Virus record (IMG/VR): IMGVR_UViG_3300027898_000001
Reading direction: 5' to 3' (one strand)
DNA from: a virus
Lineage: Duplodnaviria; Caudoviricetes
Length of the DNA: 64,000 nt
Shown piece after piece: positions 54,218-63,496 of this stretch; position 1 is the stretch's first letter; each line of letters begins with the position of its first letter. The notes beneath the pieces are model-generated. The model was given only the letters and a program-made list of their open reading frames with translations, made no database searches and was not told where the DNA came from. The translations under genes were made by a program, and so were the position numbers.

Positions 54218-56221
54218 ATGAGTGAAAAGAAAAAGAAAAGTGCCAGCCAAGATGGTTTTCAGGTATTAGAAAATCTTGATGGTATAAAAGCCAACCCGTC
54301 TATGTACTTGGGTAATCTAGGCGAGGACATGGCCTACCGCTGCGTTAAGGAGCCTGTCGACAACGCTTACGATGAAGCCGTTGCAGGTAGAAACAAGCTA
54401 ATCGAAGTGTGTTTAAACTACGATACTGACTATATAACTGTAGCAGATGGTGCCGGAGGTGTGCCGACCGAATTAAAGACACTAAAATCCGGCGAGAAGA
54501 TTAGTATTCTAACGGCAGCGTTTACTCGTGTTCACGCTGGCGGTAAATTTAATGCTACATCGTACAAAACATCTGCAGGAACCCATGGCGTAGGTGTTGC
54601 TGCTGTAAATGCTGTGTCAGAAGAAATGCGAGTATGGTCAAACTATAGAAATAAGCTAGTACATCAGGCGTATCTAGGTGGAGACATATCAACAAAAGGT
54701 CCGCATCCAGTACAAGTTAAATCTGTGGATAAAGACGTTGCCGTAATGCTTCGAGATAAGCCTACAGATTACGGTACTATTGTCACAATAAAACTCAATC
54801 AGTCCATAGTATCAGAAAATGCCCGTCGTGGTAAAGCACTGCCTAAGAATTTCGTTAAAGCCGAACCAAATGCAAAACAAATTGCATCTTGGCTTAAGAA
54901 CATGGCTTACTTGAATCCAGGTTTAGAGATTCGATTCTCGTTTATCCGTAAAGGTAAGCGTAAAGACCTCACGTTTATCAATAAGAAAGATTTAGCGTGG
55001 ATACCAAAACAAATGTGCGAAGTCCATGAGCTATCTGCTATGGGCAAACCGCTTGTGTTTAAGAACGATAACATTAGTTGTGCTATTGTGTGGGCAGATC
55101 ATCCAGACACGGATAACTTCTTAACATTCGTAAACACATCACCAACTGTTGATGGTGGTTGGCACGTTACAGGCTTTATGACTGCACTTGGCCAGGCGAT
55201 CAAACCATTCTTACCTGTATCTAAGGGCAAGAAAAAGAAAGATGCAGGCTTTTCAAACAGTGACTTGTTAATTGGCCTTACTGGTATGTTTGACTGGCGT
55301 ATGCACGGTGCGGCGTACACGAGCCAAGTTAAAGATAAGCTAGCCAGTAAAGTTGACCGTGAAGTACATGAAATCATGCTGCCTGTATTTGAGAGCTATT
55401 TCAAAGCAAACAGTAAAGTCGCTAAAGCGATTATCAAACGCGCACAGACCATGACTAAAGGTCGTGAAGAATTAGCGGCAGTTGTTAAGAGTATGGCGGA
55501 TGTTAAGAAAAAGAAAAAAGGTAATACACTACCCTCTTGTTTAGCTGCTAGTCCAAAAGCTAAATCAAGTGAGCGTGAGCTTTACGTTGTTGAAGGTGAT
55601 TCTGCGGCTAAAACTGCTATTGATGCTCGTAATGGTATGTATCAAGAAGTATTAGGTGCAGGAGGTAAACCTCTTAACGCACTAAAAGCCACTTTAGCTA
55701 AGGTGTTAGCACATGAAGAAATTCAAAACATGCTTATCTGTTTGGGTGCTGATATTAAGACTCTTGATCCTAAAGCAGAAAACCCCACACTGTCTGTTGA
55801 TAAGTTACGTGCTGCACATCTGATATTCTTAGTTGATCCTGATCCTGATGGTTATCACATTGCAGTGTTGTTCCTAGCAGCTATTTACCGTTTGATGCCA
55901 GACTTACTGCGTCAAGGTCGCGTGTGGTGTGTTCGAGCTCCACTGTATGCAGTTGTTTATAAAGGTAAGTTGTATGGTGGTGAGACATTCCAAGAAGCTC
56001 GCGCAACTGCGCCTAAAGAAGTGAAAGACAAAGACATTATACGCATTAAAGGTTGGGGGGAGGTTGATGAGACTGTTCTCGAACCTATTGCATTCGATCC
56101 TAAGATTCGTAATCTAATTCGTATCAACCCTTTTGAAAGTGCTGAGCAAGCGAAATTCTTTAGAGGTGTGGTTGGTGAAGATGCTGTGTACCGTCGTCAG
56201 TTGTTAGGGTTGGAGAACTAA
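54218..56221 (+). CDS. gyrB: Type IIA topoisomerase B subunit (GyrB/ParE)
   Basis: PSMYLG, EPVDNAYDE, HAGGKF, GTHGVG, VEGDSA, DPDPDGYHI, IKGWGE. Confidence 0.95.
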   Translation: MSEKKKKSASQDGFQVLENLDGIKANPSMYLGNLGEDMAYRCVKEPVDNAYDEAVAGRNKLIEVCLNYDTDYITVADGAGGVPTELKTLKSGEKISILTAAFTRVHAGGKFNATSYKTSAGTHGVGVAAVNAVSEEMRVWSNYRNKLVHQAYLGGDISTKGPHPVQVKSVDKDVAVMLRDKPTDYGTIVTIKLNQSIVSENARRGKALPKNFVKAEPNAKQIASWLKNMAYLNPGLEIRFSFIRKGKRKDLTFINKKDLAWIPKQMCEVHELSAMGKPLVFKNDNISCAIVWADHPDTDNFLTFVNTSPTVDGGWHVTGFMTALGQAIKPFLPVSKGKKKKDAGFSNSDLLIGLTGMFDWRMHGAAYTSQVKDKLASKVDREVHEIMLPVFESYFKANSKVAKAIIKRAQTMTKGREELAAVVKSMADVKKKKKGNTLPSCLAASPKAKSSERELYVVEGDSAAKTAIDARNGMYQEVLGAGGKPLNALKATLAKVLAHEEIQNMLICLGADIKTLDPKAENPTLSVDKLRAAHLIFLVDPDPDGYHIAVLFLAAIYRLMPDLLRQGRVWCVRAPLYAVVYKGKLYGGETFQEARATAPKEVKDKDIIRIKGWGEVDETVLEPIAFDPKIRNLIRINPFESAEQAKFFRGVVGEDAVYRRQLLGLEN

Positions 56222-56222
56222 G

Positions 56223-57845
56223 ATGAAGAAGTCTAAGAAAAACACTCGTGATATAAAGGGCGTTGATGTTAGTGGTACAAACGTGAGCAAAAAGACGATC
56301 GCACCAACTGCTGAATTGTTGGATGTAGATGCTCCAGTTAAGTTTCTGCCAATGTTGAATCAACCTGAATCTAATGTTATCAATATGGGTATGGCGGATT
56401 TTACTGAAGATGCACTACGTAGGTACGGTAGTTATGTTGTTGAAGAACGTGCTATTCCTGATTTTCGAGATGGTCTAAAACCGTCACATAGAGCTGTGTT
56501 GTGGTCATTGTGTGGTTTAGGTTTACGGCCAAGCAGCTCGTATAAGAAATCAGCACGTACAGTAGGTGATGCTATTGGTAAATATCATCCACACGGAGAT
56601 GCTGCTACTTATGGTGCTATGGTTACTATCGCTAACACGATGCCTCCAGTTGTTGACGGTCAAGGTAACTGGGGCACACCTATAAATATGGCAGCAGCTT
56701 ATAGATATACTGAAGCAAAGATAAGTAAGTTTGCACATTTGTTTATGGCAGACACTAAGTATCTTGAAGTAATACCAAAAGTACCAAACTTCTCTGGTGA
56801 TGATGTTATTCCTCTGTACATGCCTGCCCTGCTGCCTTACATACTGTTCATAGGTAACGTACCAGCACCAGCTTATGGTGTACGTGCTGGTAATCCTAGC
56901 TTCTCATTCAAGAGTGTTGCTAAAGTCGTTATTGAAATGTTGAAAGGTGTTGAGTATAATCATAAAAAGTTAGCCAAGCAATTAAAGATTCAACATGCGT
57001 TTGGTTGTGATGATGCTACCGATGATGATGCGTTCTTAGAAATGATTAGCACAGGTAAGGGTAATATTACCTACATGCCAAAAGCTGATTACGATTTTGA
57101 TAAGCGTGTTATTCGTATTCAATCGTTTACACCTGGATCATTATCTTCAGTTAAGAACATAGATAACACCCTTGCCAAGATAAGTAACATTGAAGGTGTT
57201 AGGGAAGCATACTCCGCACAAGGTAAAAAATCTGTTGGTAGCGGACCGTACGGTGCACTATTCAATATTGAATTGCAGAAATCTTTATCGGATGACCGCT
57301 TTGATTCTATTTGTGAGAAAGTTGACCACATTATTACATCATCGGTTAACTATCGTCTTGGTATCACAATTCGTAAGTCGGACGAAACTAACAAATTCAA
57401 GTATGTGAATTACTTGTCATTACTACAGGCGTGGATTAAATATCGTATTGCGCTTGAAGTGAAAATGATTAAGCACTTGAAAATGAAGGCTGAGCGCGAC
57501 CTGCATATCAATGAGGTGTACTTGTTTGCTATTGAAAACATGGACAAAATTCTCAAGATATTACCTAAGGTTCTTGTTGCCAAAGAGCCTGATGTTACAT
57601 TAGCAAGTGCGTTGAAGATGCCTGTAGAAGATGCGACAATTATATTGGATCGTAAAGTTCGACAGTTGGCTAAGTTGGAAGCAGGTGCTATCAAAGAAAA
57701 GGTCCGTGCGTTGAAAGCCGAGATTATGCAGCTATCTAAAGACCTGAAAGACCCTGGTGGTCGTGCCGCACGTGATACAGAAGAACGTGTTGCCACTTAT
57801 TTGAAATCACCCGATTCTCCACAGTCTGGTCTAAAATTCGAGTAA
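56223..57845 (+). CDS. gyrA: Type IIA topoisomerase A subunit (GyrA/ParC) lacking the C-terminal pinwheel
   Basis: RAIPDFRDGLKP, KSARTVG, YHPHGD, GQGNWG, AAYRYTE catalytic Tyr; 540 aa. Confidence 0.95.
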   Translation: MKKSKKNTRDIKGVDVSGTNVSKKTIAPTAELLDVDAPVKFLPMLNQPESNVINMGMADFTEDALRRYGSYVVEERAIPDFRDGLKPSHRAVLWSLCGLGLRPSSSYKKSARTVGDAIGKYHPHGDAATYGAMVTIANTMPPVVDGQGNWGTPINMAAAYRYTEAKISKFAHLFMADTKYLEVIPKVPNFSGDDVIPLYMPALLPYILFIGNVPAPAYGVRAGNPSFSFKSVAKVVIEMLKGVEYNHKKLAKQLKIQHAFGCDDATDDDAFLEMISTGKGNITYMPKADYDFDKRVIRIQSFTPGSLSSVKNIDNTLAKISNIEGVREAYSAQGKKSVGSGPYGALFNIELQKSLSDDRFDSICEKVDHIITSSVNYRLGITIRKSDETNKFKYVNYLSLLQAWIKYRIALEVKMIKHLKMKAERDLHINEVYLFAIENMDKILKILPKVLVAKEPDVTLASALKMPVEDATIILDRKVRQLAKLEAGAIKEKVRALKAEIMQLSKDLKDPGGRAARDTEERVATYLKSPDSPQSGLKFE

Positions 57846-57850
57846 ATATT

Positions 57851-58276
57851 ATGAAAGTATACATACCAGCAAACTCTGAACATTTCAATTACGATGTAAC
57901 ATCTTTAACTTGTAGTCTGAAGACAGAATCGGGATTCACTTTAAGTGGTAGTGCGTTAACCTATGCTCAGCAATGTATAGCCGATATAGCACCTGACACA
58001 TCTTGTGATTTTTCTATAACTTCTTTTCGTATTGTTGGTATGGATCAGAACTGCGAACGCGGGTTATATGTTGAGTACGACATTACTGTCACTACAGATG
58101 TTCAATTTGTAGCATACAAGACCTCGCACAGTCGCCAGAAACTTTATGTTATGGACTTAGAGCGAGAATTAATTACAACTGAACCTGAAAGTGCCATTAA
58201 ATATTCAATAGATGAAGCACTCGAATTGAAAGACCGCAATTATTATATAGAAGTCTTTGCTGGGTACCGTGTATGA
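57851..58276 (+). CDS. Hypothetical protein
   Basis: 141-aa ORF in operon. Confidence 0.6.
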   Translation: MKVYIPANSEHFNYDVTSLTCSLKTESGFTLSGSALTYAQQCIADIAPDTSCDFSITSFRIVGMDQNCERGLYVEYDITVTTDVQFVAYKTSHSRQKLYVMDLERELITTEPESAIKYSIDEALELKDRNYYIEVFAGYRV

Positions 58277-58578
58277 AGCACATAAAAGCCTTTGCGGATA
58301 TTGTTGGTGATGAGGACGAAGTCAAACGGTTCATAGAAGACCATGACCTTGAAATATTCTTGATTAGCGTTATGAACAAAATATTGCGAGAGCCGACCGT
58401 TGTGTCATTGACGCTTGAACTATTTGAAATGGATGACAATTCCAATCGCCTATATTTACTAGGCGATTGTACTTTGGAAGATGCTTCTGATATTGTAGAT
58501 TTGGAAGAGCGTATCTTCCAAGAAGTGTTTGTAACAGACAGTAGCTATGATGGAAAGGTTGTATTCTCATTGGACTAA
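58273..58578 (+). CDS. Hypothetical acidic protein
   Basis: 101 aa, ATGA overlap. Confidence 0.6.
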   Translation: MKHIKAFADIVGDEDEVKRFIEDHDLEIFLISVMNKILREPTVVSLTLELFEMDDNSNRLYLLGDCTLEDASDIVDLEERIFQEVFVTDSSYDGKVVFSLD

Positions 58579-58582
58579 TATC

Positions 58583-58912
58583 ATGCAAGAAAAATTGAAT
58601 GAGTTGATTGCTAAAATAAGTAGTTTGAATAATAAAGAATTTTACGAACAGTTTGTTCTTGAAACCTTTCGACAAGACCAATTCCGAAACAACCTCTCAC
58701 TGCTGGCAGTAGGTGATTACTGTGAAGACATTATCAAAGATTTCCAATGCTTCAATGCAGAAGAAAATGCTGGCGACTACTTGGGTGATATTTACGGGCA
58801 CCCAGTAGTACGTCTTCACAGTTATCCAAAGAACTGCTTTATGTTTGTAGCATACAATATCAACATGCGTATAATTAGTAGTTTAACATATTACGATACT
58901 ACAAAGGTGTAA
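58583..58912 (+). CDS. Hypothetical protein (start ATG 58583)
   Basis: ORF in operon. Confidence 0.55.
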   Translation: MQEKLNELIAKISSLNNKEFYEQFVLETFRQDQFRNNLSLLAVGDYCEDIIKDFQCFNAEENAGDYLGDIYGHPVVRLHSYPKNCFMFVAYNINMRIISSLTYYDTTKV

Positions 58913-58913
58913 C

Positions 58914-59273
58914 ATGATTCCTATAAGTTTAGCTGAATTGACCAGATTAAAAGGATTGATACCAGCTTTCGATCCATCTGCTGATGTAACATTCGATCTT
59001 AATACAATCGCCTATATACGCGCAAGTGTTATACGGTCAACACATGTAGAAGTAGCTATGATTATCGGTTCAAAAGATATTCTTACTGAGAAGATATTGT
59101 TACTATTCGATCCTATAAATAATATTGAACTTGTACAAGCAGGTCTCCTTGGATCCATTTTAGCCATGCACGTTATTGTAGATTCAACTTGGCATGCAAA
59201 TACAATGATGATTATGGCCTACAACAATCGTAGTTCGGACGTAATCGCTAAATCTGTTTATTTGGTTGAATAG
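58914..59273 (+). CDS. Hypothetical protein
   Basis: 119-aa ORF. Confidence 0.55.
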   Translation: MIPISLAELTRLKGLIPAFDPSADVTFDLNTIAYIRASVIRSTHVEVAMIIGSKDILTEKILLLFDPINNIELVQAGLLGSILAMHVIVDSTWHANTMMIMAYNNRSSDVIAKSVYLVE

Positions 59274-59282
59274 GGGCATTAT

Positions 59283-59804
59283 ATGATTTTTGTATTCAAC
59301 AATCCAAACAATATAATCTACAACGATTATATTTATGTGTTTCTCCGTAGCTGGTACATGCCCAGTGTTCCAGAGTTCACTATCACTGGCGATAAGTGGT
59401 TGAAGTTACCTGCGTTGCGTACAGATATGTCTGAGAATCGCCAACACTATACTTGCTGCAATGCAAATGCTGCCCTGTCTGCCCTGATAACAATAGCTGC
59501 TAATGGTAGTGTGTTACGTGTAGGTAGAGCAACACCTAATACAGTGTGTGATGAAACCGTGTTTGCATTAATTAAGGAGGACGCTATAAATGTGGAGTTG
59601 TGGGAACGCAATAACAATAAGCCTTGGCCGTATGACAACATGTTTGCTAAGACTCTCGTGAAGAAGCGGTATGAAGTGGTATACGGTACTAACACAACAC
59701 CGTTCAATGAAAATATCAATGACGCGGCTTACAATGCTATATCAAGTAAGTTAAAGCCGAAGCCTTGTAATTGCGGTAAAACAAAGGTGATTACAAAGAT
59801 ATGA
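59283..59804 (+). CDS. Hypothetical protein
   Basis: 173-aa ORF; C-terminal CNCG. Confidence 0.55.
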   Translation: MIFVFNNPNNIIYNDYIYVFLRSWYMPSVPEFTITGDKWLKLPALRTDMSENRQHYTCCNANAALSALITIAANGSVLRVGRATPNTVCDETVFALIKEDAINVELWERNNNKPWPYDNMFAKTLVKKRYEVVYGTNTTPFNENINDAAYNAISSKLKPKPCNCGKTKVITKI

Positions 59805-60124
59805 CTAACGATATTAAACCTCGTTTTGCACCTAGAGACATTGTGAAAGAGTCTGCGGAGATTAGTTCGATACTATCTACTTTATATAAAGGTACTCGTG
59901 TAGAGCTATTTGAATATCTACCTAGACCAAATTGTCCTAGATGCCACGCACCTGTTACCAACTTCATCATAATAGTAGAAGATACAACATACAAGATGGA
60001 AGCAGAGTGTTTAGAAAAAGAAAAGAAGTATGCTTGCAGTTATGAATTCTATCGCGTCAATAGAGATGATTTTGATTTAACCAAAGTTGTTGGACTTGCA
60101 CCAGAATACGATCACTACAAATAA
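59801..60124 (+). CDS. Hypothetical protein with CxxC zinc knuckle
   Basis: CPRCH..C..C; ATGA overlap. Confidence 0.55.
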   Translation: MTNDIKPRFAPRDIVKESAEISSILSTLYKGTRVELFEYLPRPNCPRCHAPVTNFIIIVEDTTYKMEAECLEKEKKYACSYEFYRVNRDDFDLTKVVGLAPEYDHYK

Positions 60125-60126
60125 TA

Positions 60127-60149
60127 GGGAGCACTAGGCTCCCATTTTT
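60127..60149 (+). terminator. Intrinsic terminator
   Basis: gggagc-actag-gctccc-attttt. Confidence 0.8.
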
Positions 60150-60195
60150 ACGTCTCCAATCTCGCAAAATTTAGATATATTTTTGTTTTAAAATA

Positions 60196-60204
60196 TGATA
60201 TAAT
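60196..60204 (+). promoter_or_regulatory. Extended -10 sigma70 promoter
   Basis: TGATATAAT, same context as 51607-51615. Confidence 0.7.
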
Positions 60205-60225
60205 GACTTATATTTACAAAAGAAC

Positions 60226-60297
60226 ATCCTGTTCAAACTTTGTAGGTATACGTCATAATCCATATTCAAATGTTTGTAAACTTTAGGAGTATCAAAT
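60226..60297 (+). repeat. Leader cassette copy 2
   Basis: Paralog of 51636-51707; ends directly at ATG 60298. Confidence 0.9.
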
Positions 60298-60921
60298 ATG
60301 AAAGCTACATACGAATCTACAGTATCCTTGATTGAATCCCTGCTTCTTTGCGTTAAACATAAATCACACAAAGCATTAGTGTACACCAAATTCAGCATAG
60401 TTTCTCTGACTGAATATCGAGAGACAATTATAACCGTCCGCAGTATTTCACAATCTGTGGAAATAAAACAACACAGTCATATAGCTGAATTTGCAGACTC
60501 GAAAAAGGTTTTTAAATTTAAAAACACCAATCTAACAACTATACATGCTTATGTAGGGACCACAATTCGGGACTACCAGCCACACGGTAACTTTGTAGGT
60601 CATATTCGAGCCACAATGTGTGATTCACCGTACGTGAACAATACGCAGGATGTTATGGACAAATATGGCTATTATTCTGCAACTGAATTGTTGATGACTC
60701 TCGCTGTTCATGTGGACGCACACGCCATTAAACCATTCTATTTCAACGTACTTGTTTTAGAGAACGGTCACATTCAACTTCTACTGGGGTTTATGAATAC
60801 CAATTTTGAGGTAGTTGCTCGATTATTAGGTTACCCTACATTAGGTATTATGGCACGAACACTTCGCACTCTAGGTGGTAAGGTTGTCATTAAACATAAA
60901 AATATGAGCATCACATTTTAA
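60298..60921 (+). CDS. Hypothetical protein
   Basis: 207 aa, SD AGGAG. Confidence 0.65.
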   Translation: MKATYESTVSLIESLLLCVKHKSHKALVYTKFSIVSLTEYRETIITVRSISQSVEIKQHSHIAEFADSKKVFKFKNTNLTTIHAYVGTTIRDYQPHGNFVGHIRATMCDSPYVNNTQDVMDKYGYYSATELLMTLAVHVDAHAIKPFYFNVLVLENGHIQLLLGFMNTNFEVVARLLGYPTLGIMARTLRTLGGKVVIKHKNMSITF

Positions 60922-60946
60922 CCATCAAAAATACATAGGTATAAAC

Positions 60947-61306
60947 ATGTTAGAAGATATATCTGACTTTATAACTGTATGTATAAACCACGAAGTTAGA
61001 CCCTCACAATCAAAATGGTTTATGTTTGAAAAATTTGAAGTCTATCTACGTGCCGGTACTGTTTATGCAGGCAATGGTAAATATGTTAAAGGTGTTACTA
61101 TCTCAAACATTAATGTATTTCCAAACTATCAACGTACTGGTGTGTTCAAAGCATTTTTAACAGACTTAACATCACTCGCTAAGTCCAAATATTATGAATA
61201 CATTGTTGTAGAAAATGTTATCAATCCAGATTTGCGCACGTATTTATTCTCACTGAAATACGAACAGTGTCCAGGTAATCCAGTTTCCCTTCGTACTAAA
61301 CTTTAG
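60947..61306 (+). CDS. GNAT-family acetyltransferase
   Basis: ISNINVFPNYQRTGVFKAFL acetyl-CoA motif A; VENVINP. Confidence 0.75.
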   Translation: MLEDISDFITVCINHEVRPSQSKWFMFEKFEVYLRAGTVYAGNGKYVKGVTISNINVFPNYQRTGVFKAFLTDLTSLAKSKYYEYIVVENVINPDLRTYLFSLKYEQCPGNPVSLRTKL

Positions 61307-61315
61307 GAGTAATGT

Positions 61316-61750
61316 ATGAATCATTCTAACTTAGAATTAATGGTTCGCGTATTAGCAACACTCGATCCAGCTTTGCACTATGAACCATTACCGCAATCGG
61401 ATGTTAGTGGTAATAAACCTCTTTTGCCTGCACACAGCTTGGAAGAGTTACAGCATTGCTGCTATCGTGCTAGTTTTACTACGTTGTTTGCACTCACCGA
61501 TAAAGGTAAAGCTGCTGGGTGTAGTGTTGATATGAATGGTCGTATGATGTTCAATAAGTGTCACAGTATAGAAGCATTACTGCACTTTTTAGAAATAGAT
61601 TTCAATACAGCTCGGTTATTGGAGTGTGGTGATTTAATCCACAAAGGTACCACTATATTCTCAGACTTCTACAACAAACCGTATGCTGATGTTACACTTA
61701 CAGATACCATTTCCCGACTTCAAAATCTTATACATAAAACTCAGGAGTAA
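61316..61750 (+). CDS. Hypothetical protein
   Basis: 144 aa; leader AAACTTTAGGAGTA. Confidence 0.6.
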   Translation: MNHSNLELMVRVLATLDPALHYEPLPQSDVSGNKPLLPAHSLEELQHCCYRASFTTLFALTDKGKAAGCSVDMNGRMMFNKCHSIEALLHFLEIDFNTARLLECGDLIHKGTTIFSDFYNKPYADVTLTDTISRLQNLIHKTQE

Positions 61751-61754
61751 ATGT

Positions 61755-62207
61755 ATGAATATTTATAAACACTTACACTATCTATTGTCCGCAGCTATCC
61801 ACGATATGTGTAACTATAATGTTTCTATCACAGGTATAGATACTGCACTCGAAGGTATTTGGGATCGTGGAATATTTCATGTGCGAATTGACACGCCGAA
61901 AGGTTGTTATACGGATGTTCAGAACTGGTCCTACACTGTAGGGAAAGATAAACAGGCTATTGAATATTTACCTCAAATTTTACTTCAGGATGAAGGTAAT
62001 GCGGGTAGTGATTTTCCTCATTTACCTAACCCTACACTTGAACGCTTCTACACTGAGCTGATGCGTAAGTTTACTATAAAACTTATCCGGTGTAATGGTT
62101 CTAATGATAAGCCTACAGTTGGTTTATTATTCTACGATCCTCAAATAATGGGTGATGGTTTAATGGTCCGCTACTGTTCACGCAATAACATAGGTATTCA
62201 AGAATGA
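61755..62207 (+). CDS. Hypothetical protein (start ATG 61755)
   Basis: SD AGGAG. Confidence 0.6.
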   Translation: MNIYKHLHYLLSAAIHDMCNYNVSITGIDTALEGIWDRGIFHVRIDTPKGCYTDVQNWSYTVGKDKQAIEYLPQILLQDEGNAGSDFPHLPNPTLERFYTELMRKFTIKLIRCNGSNDKPTVGLLFYDPQIMGDGLMVRYCSRNNIGIQE

Positions 62208-62707
62208 ATAAACTACAACGTGCATTTTATGAGAAAGAATTGGACCATGCTAACAAATGGAATCGCTTGTCTGCTTACAATGCGATAGGCTTTACCAAAA
62301 AAGCATTTGATGATCCATTTCCAATGATTCGTCTTAAAGCGTATGAGGCTCTCGGCTTCACACCCGAATCTCGTCACGATATTGACGAAGCTATTAGAAT
62401 GGCAGCTTGTCGTAAAATCGGCTTTATTCCAGGCATGTGTTTGGATGAGGACGTGCGTGTTCGATTAGAAGCACTGCGTTACTTTAAATTCCCTGTGGAG
62501 GCGTTTAAAGACAAAAGCAATGTTGTTCGTGAAGCAGCGTATGACTTTCACGGTTACACTTCGGAAGCCTTTTTCGATGAGCACTATGTAATACGTTTAA
62601 AAGCATACAGACAATTAGGTTTTACTCCTGATGCTTTGAAAGATCCAAACAAACATATCGTGCAAGAAGCCAAACGTGTTCTTGCCTTTATTTCTGAAAA
62701 CAGTTGA
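62204..62707 (+). CDS. HEAT-like 22-aa tandem repeat protein
   Basis: Six repeats F..ea..D....vR..A...lG. Confidence 0.75.
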   Translation: MNKLQRAFYEKELDHANKWNRLSAYNAIGFTKKAFDDPFPMIRLKAYEALGFTPESRHDIDEAIRMAACRKIGFIPGMCLDEDVRVRLEALRYFKFPVEAFKDKSNVVREAAYDFHGYTSEAFFDEHYVIRLKAYRQLGFTPDALKDPNKHIVQEAKRVLAFISENS

Positions 62708-62714
62708 GGTTATT

Positions 62715-63110
62715 ATGAATATTTCTCTTTTAAACGATATTGGTTTATTTTTTGCCGGCGCTGCATTTTGCGCACTCACATTCTCCACAATAGTTATACC
62801 ACATATACTGTACCGTGCAGAGCGTAGACACATAAATGAAGTTAAGGCACATGTTCTCCTTAATATGGAGACCACTCTAATGTTGTTACAGAAAAGTGCG
62901 GCAGAGGTTTTGGAAACGTATGATTGGAATGAAATCTCCAAAGAAATCATTTTGATGTACAAGGCCGATGTTACTACAAACATTGAGAATATGCGTATTC
63001 GTTTGGACTTGGAAGAGACAAAGAGCTTTTGCATATTGCGCGATTCTGTTATGCGAGAAGTAGACGCACAACTAGACCTCGCACAATCTCTAAAAGCGAG
63101 AGGTGAATAA
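62715..63110 (+). CDS. Hypothetical protein with N-terminal transmembrane helix (start ATG 62715)
   Basis: IGLFFAGAAFCALTFSTIVI hydrophobic stretch; SD GAGG. Confidence 0.55.
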   Translation: MNISLLNDIGLFFAGAAFCALTFSTIVIPHILYRAERRHINEVKAHVLLNMETTLMLLQKSAAEVLETYDWNEISKEIILMYKADVTTNIENMRIRLDLEETKSFCILRDSVMREVDAQLDLAQSLKARGE

Positions 63111-63489
63111 AATGAAAATTGCCTTACAATCTACTACAGCCGTAATGGTTCCAGTCACGCGCCAGCAAAAGGTCAACTTATCTTTATTTGCTAAAATGTT
63201 GCAGTATGATTCTAATGAAGATTTGGAAATGGTCATACAGAGTATGCCTTTTCATGTTGTTTGTGAACCACCCCGTGATAGCAGATTACACACATACTGT
63301 TTGCGCTTTTGTTATGATATGACAGAACATTTTGGGGATGTTATTCCCAAATATCTTGGATTCGCAGGCTTCACCCAAATGTGTGATGTTATACACAGGT
63401 TGCAGTACAAAAATAAACGCATGACAGTTATAAGCCGCAAAGTTGATGCGCATACTATTATGATAGCTTTACGCATATACTCAGTTTGA
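63103..63489 (+). CDS. Hypothetical protein
   Basis: 128-aa ORF. Confidence 0.55.
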   Translation: MNKMKIALQSTTAVMVPVTRQQKVNLSLFAKMLQYDSNEDLEMVIQSMPFHVVCEPPRDSRLHTYCLRFCYDMTEHFGDVIPKYLGFAGFTQMCDVIHRLQYKNKRMTVISRKVDAHTIMIALRIYSV

Positions 63490-63496
63490 GGTTACT

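Noticed and set aside
54218-57845. Additional inteins or introns in gyrase, helicases, primase or SbcC
   Set aside because: Motif spacing is continuous and no C/S..HN-C/S/T Hint signature was found outside PolA
20039-60149. Shared CACTAGG in two terminator hairpins (20048-20054, 60132-60138) as a regulatory motif
   Set aside because: Only two instances and absent from the other terminators; compatible with chance
87-63071. Numerous 60-170 aa ORFs antisense to or nested in long genes (e.g. 439-849, 7081-7557, 13602-13970, 16068-16592, 60171-60398, 62615-63034)
   Set aside because: They overlap well-supported genes, lack an RBS and motifs, and show shadow-frame composition
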